35,047 bases of DNA from Planctomycetota bacterium. GTDB taxonomy: Bacteria; Planctomycetota; SZUA-567; H5-PLA8. A model generated the notes under the pieces. It was not told the origin of the DNA. It was given only the letters and a program-made list of their open reading frames with translations, and ran no database searches. The stretch covers positions 1-35,047 of the forward strand of contig BTVV01000060.1 in assembly GCA_045863855.1 (NCBI GenBank). Direction: 5' to 3'. This document shows, in pieces, positions 19,276 to 26,504 of the stretch. A program made the position numbers and the translations under genes. Position 1 is the stretch's first letter. Each line of letters opens with the position of its first letter.

Positions 19276-20202
19276 ATGGCGGACGCGGTTCCGGAAGCCC
19301 CGAAGGTCAAGATCATCTACAAGAAGAAGAAGGGCGGGCACGGGCACCACGGCGGCGCGTGGAAGGTGGCGTTCGCCGATTTCATGACCGCGATGATGGC
19401 GCTGTTCCTGGTGCTGTGGATCATGGCGCAGAGCCAGGAAGTGAAGCAGGCGGTGGCGTACTACTTCCGGCACCCGACCGACTACGAAGGCGAAGCGGAC
19501 GCGATCTTGCGCGGCAACATGGGCCTGATGGACCACAAGAGCGGGCGCATGGACGTGATCCCGAACATTGTCGATTCGCCGGGCGGCGGACAGCATCAGA
19601 CGAAGCGCCCCGAGAAGGCCGCGTCGACGCAGTCGGTCGCCGGCGCCTCTGCGCGCGCGGCCTCCGAACCGGGCCTGCGCCCGGCCAATCTGGAACCGCT
19701 CAAGGAAGAACTCAAAGACGACGTGCGCACGTTCCTGAGCCTGGCCGACCTGCTTTGGGATCAGCTCAAGATGGACCCCAGCTTCATGCGCGTGCGGGAG
19801 CAGGTGATGATCCAGACGCACGAAGAAGGACTTGTGGTGCAGATCGTCGAGCGGCCGGGACTGCCGCTGTTCGAAGCACACTCCGACGTATTGCGCGCGG
19901 AAGTGCGCGGCGTGCTCGCCACTCTGGCGGCGCAAATCAAGGAACTGCCCAACAAGCTGGAGATTGACGGGCACGGTCCGGGGCTGAGCAGCACGAAGGA
20001 CACGATCTGGCTCGGTAGTGCGCACCTGGCGGAACGGGCGCGCTTGGCGCTCTTGGAACGCGGGCTGCGTCCGGAACAGATCGTCAAGATTTCGGGCTGC
20101 GCGGACACTCGGCCGCTGAACCCCAAGGACGCGGAAGACGGCCTGAATCGACGCATCTCTATCCTGGTTCGCCCGCGGCAGTGGCAGCCGGAACGCTTCT
20201 AG
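19276..20202 (+). CDS. motB: Stator protein MotB with degenerate OmpA-like domain
   Basis: GGAWKVAFADFMTAMMALFLVLWI TM with the conserved Asp; C-terminal NRRISILV. GHTD and NxxLSxxRA are altered. Confidence 0.93.
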   Translation: MADAVPEAPKVKIIYKKKKGGHGHHGGAWKVAFADFMTAMMALFLVLWIMAQSQEVKQAVAYYFRHPTDYEGEADAILRGNMGLMDHKSGRMDVIPNIVDSPGGGQHQTKRPEKAASTQSVAGASARAASEPGLRPANLEPLKEELKDDVRTFLSLADLLWDQLKMDPSFMRVREQVMIQTHEEGLVVQIVERPGLPLFEAHSDVLRAEVRGVLATLAAQIKELPNKLEIDGHGPGLSSTKDTIWLGSAHLAERARLALLERGLRPEQIVKISGCADTRPLNPKDAEDGLNRRISILVRPRQWQPERF

Positions 20203-20349
20203 CTCTTCTTCTACTATAAGGTAGTAGCCTTCAACAGTCGTCCGTGCGAAGCGCCTCATCCGCACACGGACGCACCTGAGCAGTTTGGCGTTATACGGTA
20301 ACCACTTTATGCCAGATGATTTATGTAATCCCACCAATAACTTTTGATG

Positions 20350-20365
20350 CGGTCCCCAGTTTGCT
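20350..20365 (+). promoter_or_regulatory. Sigma54 -24/-12 promoter of fliL-fliM-REC::fliN
   Basis: CGGTCCCCAGTTTGCT = GG-N10-GC with TTGCT in an AT-rich intergenic gap. Confidence 0.68.
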
Positions 20366-20388
20366 TTTCATTTAACGATAGTCCGCCT

Positions 20389-20405
20389 TCGGCAAAATTT
20401 GCCGA
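20389..20405. promoter_or_regulatory. Perfect palindrome TCGGCAAA-A-TTTGCCGA, candidate bEBP site in the fliL leader
   Basis: 8-bp perfect arms; matches the GGCA-N5-TGCC motif. Confidence 0.6.
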
Positions 20406-20440
20406 CCGGCCAATGAATCGACTCGGCGAGGATGTATCCG

Positions 20441-20950
20441 ATGAGCGAACCCGCGGCACCCGAACAAACACCTGCTTCGAAGCGCAGCAAGGTGAAGCTG
20501 CTGGTGATGATCTTGGCGTTGGGGATTGTGCTGGGCGGCGGCGGACTGGGCGCTTACATGGCGTTCTTCAACAAGGATGCGCATGCGGAACATCCTGAAG
20601 TGGATGCGCATGCACCCAAACCGACAGTGCCGGACACGGAGGCCAACAAATCGAAGATCGTGACCTTGAAGGCGATCGTGGTGAATCTGCGCGATACGCG
20701 CGCTTCGCGGTACTTGAAGGTGACGATCGGGCTTGAGACGAGCAACGAGAAGGTGGTGGCGGAGCTGAACGAGATCCAGGTTCCGCTGAACGACTTTTTC
20801 ATCGACCGGCTGAGCGACTTGAAGATCGAAGACGTGGATAACTCGCAGGGACGCAACAAGCTCAAGCGCGAGCTTCTTTTCGGCGCGAACGAGATGCTCA
20901 AATCGGGCGTGATCAACAAGCTTTACTTCAGCGAATTCGTGGTCCAGTAG
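20441..20950 (+). CDS. fliL: Basal-body associated protein FliL
   Basis: TM followed by GGGG, IVVNL..RYLKVTI, GRNKLKREL, LYFSEFVVQ. ATG 20441 follows GAGGA. Confidence 0.94.
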   Translation: MSEPAAPEQTPASKRSKVKLLVMILALGIVLGGGGLGAYMAFFNKDAHAEHPEVDAHAPKPTVPDTEANKSKIVTLKAIVVNLRDTRASRYLKVTIGLETSNEKVVAELNEIQVPLNDFFIDRLSDLKIEDVDNSQGRNKLKRELLFGANEMLKSGVINKLYFSEFVVQ

Positions 20951-20960
20951 GAGCCTCCAC

Positions 20961-21923
20961 GTGGGCAGCGTACTCTCCAAAGAAGAGATGGACGCCCTGA
21001 ACGACGCGCTGAAGGTCGGCCGCGTCGATACGCAGGGGAACGGTTCGCCTGCGGCGCTGGCGGCGAAGCCGTACGATTTCCAGAAATCGATCAAATTTCC
21101 CGCGCGCAGCCGCGCGCTGTTCCAGTTGATGCACGAAGGCTTGGCCCGGCATCTGGGGCGCGAGCTGACGTCTCTTCTCAATTTGAATTGCGAGTCGAAG
21201 CTGACGGATCTGCAGGTGCTGGCGTTCAAGGAGTTCGACGCGACGCTTCCTTCCAACGCCACCTTGCTGACCTTCCAACTTTCGGCGTTCGAGCTTCCAA
21301 TCCTCATGGTCATTCATCCGCGCCTGAGCATTGCGCTGCTGGACCGCTTCTTGGGCGGCAAAGGCGCGGTGGACGACGAAGCGCGGGCCACGTCGGAGCT
21401 GGAGTCGGAGGTGCTCGAGGAAACCGTCGGATTGTTGCTGGAGCAGGTGCGCGGCGCTTGGAAACGGCTGGCGGACTCCCCGCTGGAAGGCCGGCGCCGT
21501 TTCGCGAACCGCCAGTTGCTCCAATTCGTGGCGGGCGAAGACACGGTGGTGGTGGCCTCGGTGGAGGTGAAGCTTCCGGAGTCGACGGGGCTGCTGACGA
21601 TCTGCTACGCCGAGCGCGCGCTGGAACTGGCCGACGAACACTCGGGCCGCAAGAGCGACCGCGAGGCCGAAGCGCAGAGCGAAGGTCCGGCCCACGTGAC
21701 GACGGATCTGGTGGAACGACTGAGCGTGGACGTCGAGGCGTTTCTTCTGCCGATCGAAATTCCTGTGCGAGAAGTGATGTTCCTGCAGGCGGGCGATGTG
21801 CTGATGTTCGACCACCAGGTGCCGCATCCGGTGGAGCTGCGTGTATCGGGCGGGCTGCGGTTCGAAGGATACATGGGACAGCACGGCGACCGGGTGATGT
21901 GCGCGATCACGGAGCGGCATTGA
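20961..21923 (+). CDS. fliM: Switch protein FliM
   Basis: VLSKEEMDAL N-terminus, PYDF, FLGGKG FliG-binding motif, SELE, C-terminal SPOA-like LQAGDVL. GTG after AGGAG. Confidence 0.88.
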   Translation: MGSVLSKEEMDALNDALKVGRVDTQGNGSPAALAAKPYDFQKSIKFPARSRALFQLMHEGLARHLGRELTSLLNLNCESKLTDLQVLAFKEFDATLPSNATLLTFQLSAFELPILMVIHPRLSIALLDRFLGGKGAVDDEARATSELESEVLEETVGLLLEQVRGAWKRLADSPLEGRRRFANRQLLQFVAGEDTVVVASVEVKLPESTGLLTICYAERALELADEHSGRKSDREAEAQSEGPAHVTTDLVERLSVDVEAFLLPIEIPVREVMFLQAGDVLMFDHQVPHPVELRVSGGLRFEGYMGQHGDRVMCAITERH

Positions 21924-21924
21924 G

Positions 21925-22731
21925 ATGAGCGAAAGCGCGACCCCTGCCGCGGCCGCAAGCACGCTGAAGCTGCTGGTCGTCGACGACGAGCCGGCCATGC
22001 TCCGGCTGCTTAAGGATTCCTTCGAAAGCGACGGGCATCGGGTGCTGGAGGCGTCGAGCGCCGAGCAGGCGCTGGAGGTGCTCGATCGGGAGCCGGTGGA
22101 TCTGGTTCTGACCGACCAGCGCATGCAGGGCATGACGGGGACCGAACTGCTGCTGGAGATCGGAAAGCGCCGCTTGAGCACGGGCGTCATTCTGATCACG
22201 GGATTCGCCACCCTGGAATCTGCGATGGAAGCAATGCGGTTGGGCGCGCTGGACGTGGTCCAGAAGCCGCTCAACCTTTCCGAACTAAACGAGAAGATCG
22301 CGCGCTACGCGCAGAAACGGCGGCTGCATACGCCGTCCAGTGTGGCTCTTCAAGCAGCCAAACCGCGCGCCCAGGAGGAACCCGCCATGCCCACCAAGAC
22401 TCCCGAAGAGGCCGTCGAAGTCCAGCGCGTGGATCTGCCGGCCATCGGCGCGGGCTCGACACAGGACGCGCCGCAGGGGATCGACAAGATTCTCGATATC
22501 CCGGTGCTGGCGATGGTGCGGCTGGGCAAGACCAGCCTGCAGATAGCCGATCTGCTGCGCCTGGGCGTGGGCTCGGTGGTTGAACTGAACAAGCACGCGG
22601 GCGATCCGGTGGAACTGCTGGTGAACAACAAGCTGGTGGCGCTGGGCGAAGTGGTAGTGGTGAACGACACGTTCGGCTTCCGCGTGACAAAGATCCTGGA
22701 TCCCAAGCAGCGCATTCAACAGCTCGCGTAA
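21925..22731 (+). CDS. fliN: Receiver (REC) domain-FliN fusion protein
   Basis: N-terminal REC (VVDDE, LTDQRM, ITG, QKP); C-terminal FliN SPOA (ILDIPV..LGKT..LLRLGVGSVVELNKHAGDPVELLVN..GEVVVVNDTFGFRVT). Internal AGGAGG-N8-ATG at 22387. Confidence 0.92.
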   Translation: MSESATPAAAASTLKLLVVDDEPAMLRLLKDSFESDGHRVLEASSAEQALEVLDREPVDLVLTDQRMQGMTGTELLLEIGKRRLSTGVILITGFATLESAMEAMRLGALDVVQKPLNLSELNEKIARYAQKRRLHTPSSVALQAAKPRAQEEPAMPTKTPEEAVEVQRVDLPAIGAGSTQDAPQGIDKILDIPVLAMVRLGKTSLQIADLLRLGVGSVVELNKHAGDPVELLVNNKLVALGEVVVVNDTFGFRVTKILDPKQRIQQLA

Positions 22732-22759
22732 CGCTTCGAACAGGCTTTTCTCCCCAACC

Positions 22760-22799
22760 CATGCCCGCCCGGAACGTACTCCGGGCCGCATGCCCTTTT
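22760..22799 (+). terminator. Possible intrinsic terminator after fliN
   Basis: GCCCGGA-ACGTAC-TCCGGGC stem, extended by CATGC/GCATG, followed by CCCTTTT. Confidence 0.45.
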
Positions 22800-22879
22800 G
22801 CCTCACCGCTCACCGCTTCGAAATCGCAACATCCTGCTCCGCCACACGCGCACGTCCGCAGGGGCCGGCGGGCGCATCC

Positions 22880-22923
22880 CGGCAGAATTCGCCGAACTGC
22901 GCGGCTTTCCGGCATCTCTTTCC
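22880..22923. promoter_or_regulatory. Tandem GGCA-N5 palindromes upstream of the fliO promoter
   Basis: CGGCA-GAATT-CGCCG (22880-22894) and GGCA-TCTCT-TTCC (22911-22923), 30 bp apart. Confidence 0.55.
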
Positions 22924-22925
22924 AG

Positions 22926-22941
22926 TGGCACCGATGTTGCT
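22926..22941 (+). promoter_or_regulatory. Sigma54 -24/-12 promoter of the fliO..flhA..fliA unit
   Basis: TGGCAC-CGATG-TTGCT, a perfect consensus, 30 nt before the fliO ATG. Confidence 0.88.
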
Positions 22942-22971
22942 TCTGTTCCTCCCAGGCAAGGAGGAGAAATC

Positions 22972-23553
22972 ATGCGCAGTACAATCACTCGAACTCAGCG
23001 AGCACTCTTCGCGGCGCTCCTTTTAGTCGGCGCGCTCGCGGCACCGCATGCGCGGACGGCGGAAGGCGACGGGATGGTGCTCGATCCGCACGGCAAGCTG
23101 GTCAAGTCCTCGACGACGGCCGCGCGCGGCGGGCCCGCGGTGGGAGCCGATGCGGCGAGCGACTCGTGGCTGCGCAGCGCGGGAACGTTCCTGGTGCTGC
23201 TGGGCCTGGCCGGCGGTGCGCTGGTGTTGATGCGGCGGCAGCAGGCGCTGGTGCGGGCGAAAGGCGGCGCACAAAGCCAGCTCGAACTGATCGAACGGAT
23301 GCCGCTGGGGCCGCGACGAGAATTGTTGCTGGTCCGCGCGGGCGGGCGGGTGCTGGTGCTCGCGGCGCTGCAACAAGACCTGAAACTGATCTCCACGCTT
23401 CCGGCCGGGACGCTTCCGGCGCAAGCCGGTGCGCAGGACTTCCTGGCGCTGCTGAACCGCCAGGCGGCCATCCAGGAAGCCGCACCGGTGAAGGCTTCCG
23501 CGCGCAACCCGCTGGACGAGGTCGATTGGCCGGCCGCGGCGGTGCGGAGCTAA
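22972..23553 (+). CDS. fliO: FliO/FliZ family export protein
   Basis: Signal-like N-terminus, TM helix, LELIERMPLGPRRELLLVRAGGRVLVL. ATG after AGGAGGAG; precedes fliP. Confidence 0.88.
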   Translation: MRSTITRTQRALFAALLLVGALAAPHARTAEGDGMVLDPHGKLVKSSTTAARGGPAVGADAASDSWLRSAGTFLVLLGLAGGALVLMRRQQALVRAKGGAQSQLELIERMPLGPRRELLLVRAGGRVLVLAALQQDLKLISTLPAGTLPAQAGAQDFLALLNRQAAIQEAAPVKASARNPLDEVDWPAAAVRS

Positions 23554-23556
23554 CCC

Positions 23557-24342
23557 ATGCGCGCCCTTTCGCTCCCCACCCGCTCCCTGCTTCCGTTCGT
23601 GCTTGGCCTGGCGCTCTGGCAAGCGCAGGCCGGCGCCGAAGAAAGCAAGCCCGCGGGCAATACGCCGAACCTTGAGCTGAACCTCGGCGCGAAGGGCGAT
23701 GCGCAGACCGTCAGCGTCTCGATGAAGATCGTGGTGCTGATGACGCTTCTGTCGGTCGCCCCGGCGCTGCTGGTGATGATGACGGCCTTCACGCGGATCG
23801 TGATCGTGCTCAGCTTCCTGCGGCATGCGCTGGCCACGCAGCAGGTCCCGCCCAACATGGTGCTGATCGGTCTTTCGCTGTTCATGACGATGTTCGTGAT
23901 GGCGCCGATCTGGGAGCGCGTGCACCAGGACGCGTACAAGCCCTACATGGAAGGAAAGATCGGCAACGAAGAGGCCATGGAAAAAGCACTCGTGCCGATG
24001 CGCGATTTCATGGGCCGGCAGACGCGGCAGAGCGACTTGGCGCTGTTTCTGGAATTGAGCCACGCGCCGGAGCCGCAGTCCTTCGACGAGATCAAGACCA
24101 CGACGCTGATTCCGGCGTTCATCCTCAGCGAGCTGCGCACCGCGTTCCATATGGGTTTCCTGATTTTTCTTCCGTTCGTGATCATCGATTTGGTGGTCGC
24201 CTCGGTGCTGATGGCGCTGGGCATGGTGATGCTACCGCCGGCGATGATCGCACTGCCGATCAAACTGCTGCTGTTCGTGATGGCCGATGGCTGGCATCTG
24301 GTGATCCGCTCGCTGGTGGTCTCGTTCCAGGCCGGCGGATAG
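23557..24342 (+). CDS. fliP: Export gate protein FliP
   Basis: MMTAFTRIVIVLSFLRHAL..QQVPPN, LIPAFILSEL, LPFVIIDLVVASVLMALGM, DGW. Confidence 0.97.
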   Translation: MRALSLPTRSLLPFVLGLALWQAQAGAEESKPAGNTPNLELNLGAKGDAQTVSVSMKIVVLMTLLSVAPALLVMMTAFTRIVIVLSFLRHALATQQVPPNMVLIGLSLFMTMFVMAPIWERVHQDAYKPYMEGKIGNEEAMEKALVPMRDFMGRQTRQSDLALFLELSHAPEPQSFDEIKTTTLIPAFILSELRTAFHMGFLIFLPFVIIDLVVASVLMALGMVMLPPAMIALPIKLLLFVMADGWHLVIRSLVVSFQAGG

Positions 24343-24352
24343 GAATCGCGCG

Positions 24353-24622
24353 ATGAGCGACGGGACGCTGTTGGAACTCTTCGGGCTGGCCGCGATGGTG
24401 GCGGTGAAGCTCGCCACGCCGCTCCTGCTGGCCGCGGTGATCGTGGGCCTGGCGGTGAGCCTGTTCCAGGCGTTGACGCAGATCAACGAAAGCACGCTCT
24501 CGTTCATTCCCAAACTGATGGTGATGGGCTTGGTGCTGTGGCTGTGCCTGCCGTGGATGAGCCGCGAGTTAGTCGAGTTTACGACACGCATCCTGCGCAT
24601 GATCGGGGAGGTCACTCGATGA
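24353..24622 (+). CDS. fliQ: Export gate protein FliQ
   Basis: GLAVSLFQALTQINESTLSFIPKL. Confidence 0.96.
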   Translation: MSDGTLLELFGLAAMVAVKLATPLLLAAVIVGLAVSLFQALTQINESTLSFIPKLMVMGLVLWLCLPWMSRELVEFTTRILRMIGEVTR

Positions 24623-25389
24623 CGGTGACCTACGCGGCATTGTGGCCTTTTTTCACCGTACTGATGCGGCTGGGCGGCGCGTTCATGACGGCGCCGGGTT
24701 TCAGCAACCTCCAAGCGCCGATGCGCATTCGCCTGGGCGCGCTGCTGGCGTGCACGTTTCTGCTGGGTTCGGCGCTGGGCGAAAAGGCCGCTCCGCCGGC
24801 CGATTCGTTCATTCTATCGGTCCTCTTCGTGGAACTGGTGATCGGCGTGGGCATCGGATTGGCGTTTCGCTTCACGATGCTGGGCGTCGAAGCCGCAGGC
24901 GAACTGGCCGGACTGCAGATGGGCATGGGCATCGCCTCCACAATCGATCCCGCGTCGGGCAACAACGCGCTCTTCACGCACGCGCTCTTCGCGATGCTGT
25001 ACACGGCGCTGTTCTTGGCGCTGGATGGGCATCACACGGTGCTACGTACGATCTTCGCGAGCTACGAGATCGCGCCCCCCGGCCGAGCGCTGGACTTGCA
25101 AGCCGGGCCGCTGCAACTGATCGACCAGAGCGCGCAGGTGATCCTGATCGGGCTGCGCCTGGCGGCGGGGTTCATCGTACCGCTGATGGCCGTGACCTTC
25201 GCAATGGCGCTGATCTCGCGCGTGTTTCCTCAAGCCAATGTTTTCGTGCTTTCGTACGCGGCGAGCCTGCTGGTGGGGCTGACGCTCTTCGCGACGACGA
25301 CGCCCGCAGTGCGCGCGATCGTCGCCGAAGGGATCCGCGGCGGAGCCGAGGGCGCGGGGCGCTGGATCCGAGCAGCAGCAGGCGTTTAA
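24619..25389 (+). CDS. fliR: Export gate protein FliR
   Basis: AAGELAGLQMGMG..DP, LFLALDGHH, ISRVFPQANVF; ATGA overlap with fliQ. Confidence 0.94.
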   Translation: MTVTYAALWPFFTVLMRLGGAFMTAPGFSNLQAPMRIRLGALLACTFLLGSALGEKAAPPADSFILSVLFVELVIGVGIGLAFRFTMLGVEAAGELAGLQMGMGIASTIDPASGNNALFTHALFAMLYTALFLALDGHHTVLRTIFASYEIAPPGRALDLQAGPLQLIDQSAQVILIGLRLAAGFIVPLMAVTFAMALISRVFPQANVFVLSYAASLLVGLTLFATTTPAVRAIVAEGIRGGAEGAGRWIRAAAGV

Positions 25390-25410
25390 GCATAACAACG
25401 AGGCCGCCAC

Positions 25411-26502
25411 GTGAGCGACCAGAACGACCAGGACAAGACCGAGCCGGCAACACCGCGGCGCCTTGAAGAGGCGCGCAAGGAAGGTCGCGTCGCACGCTCG
25501 AGCGATCTGTCCACGGCGCTGACGATCGTCGCGATGCTGGCGGCGTTCCAGATGGCCGGCCCGCGCCTGTTCGACGCGATGCGTGACGGCATCAAGGGCA
25601 CGCTGCATGTCGTGCCGGCGAACACGCTGGACGGGCCTTCCGTCCAGCAGTTGTGCTTCGATACGGCCGCGCCGGTTGCCGCGGCGTTTCTGGCGTTCGC
25701 GGCGTGCGTGCTGGCGATGGGCGTGGGCGGATCACTCTTGCAGACCGGCATCCTGTTCACGACCAAACCGCTGGAGCCGAGCCTGGACCGCATCAATCCG
25801 ATAAGCGGATTCGGGCGGATTTTCTCAATGCAGTCGGTGGGCACCTTCTGCTTCGGGCTCTTCAAGCTGCTGGCGGTGGGCTGGATCGTGTACGCCTTCC
25901 TGATGAGCCAGCGGCACGAGTTTCCGTCGCTCTCACGCTTGCAGGCGGTGGAGATCCTGCAGCGCGGAGGCGAACTGATCACGGCGCTGGGCTGGCGCGT
26001 GGCCGCGGCGATGCTGGCGATCGGCCTGGGCGATTACGCATTCCAGCGCTGGCGCCACGAGCGCGAGATGCGCATGACGAAGCAAGAGATCAAGGACGAA
26101 CAGAAGCAGCAGGAAGGCGACCCGCACATCAAGCAGCGCATCCGGCAGATCCAGCGCCAGCGCGGCATGAAGCGCATGATGGAAGACGTGCCGAAGGCGA
26201 CGGTGGTGATCACGAACCCGACGCACTTCGCGGTAGCGCTGCGCTACGAAGCGGGCGCGATGGCGGCTCCGACGGTGGTGGCGAAGGGCCAGAATCTGGT
26301 GGCACTGAAGATCAAGGCGCTGGCGGCGGAGCACGGAGTGCCGGTGCAGGAAGACAAGCCGCTGGCGCGCGGACTTTTCCGTACGGTGGAAGTGGGCCAG
26401 GAGATTCCGGCCGAGTTTTACCAAGCGATCGCGCAGGTGCTGGCGGCGCTGCGCCGGCGTAACGGTCCTGCCGGCGGCACGGTGCGGGAGGCGCGCGCGT
26501 AA
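25411..26502 (+). CDS. flhB: Export switch protein FlhB
   Basis: DKTEPATPRRLEEARKEG, MTKQEIKDE..EGDP, intact NPTH autocleavage motif. Confidence 0.97.
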   Translation: MSDQNDQDKTEPATPRRLEEARKEGRVARSSDLSTALTIVAMLAAFQMAGPRLFDAMRDGIKGTLHVVPANTLDGPSVQQLCFDTAAPVAAAFLAFAACVLAMGVGGSLLQTGILFTTKPLEPSLDRINPISGFGRIFSMQSVGTFCFGLFKLLAVGWIVYAFLMSQRHEFPSLSRLQAVEILQRGGELITALGWRVAAAMLAIGLGDYAFQRWRHEREMRMTKQEIKDEQKQQEGDPHIKQRIRQIQRQRGMKRMMEDVPKATVVITNPTHFAVALRYEAGAMAAPTVVAKGQNLVALKIKALAAEHGVPVQEDKPLARGLFRTVEVGQEIPAEFYQAIAQVLAALRRRNGPAGGTVREARA

Positions 26503-26504
26503 TC

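Noticed and set aside
20211..20227. Inverted repeat CTACTA-N5-TAGTAG after motB
   Set aside because: Weak stem, no U-tract and a single occurrence; cannot be assigned.
22342..22358. Internal sigma54 promoter for the short FliN
   Set aside because: TGGCTCTTCAAGCAGC lacks GG-N10-GC spacing.
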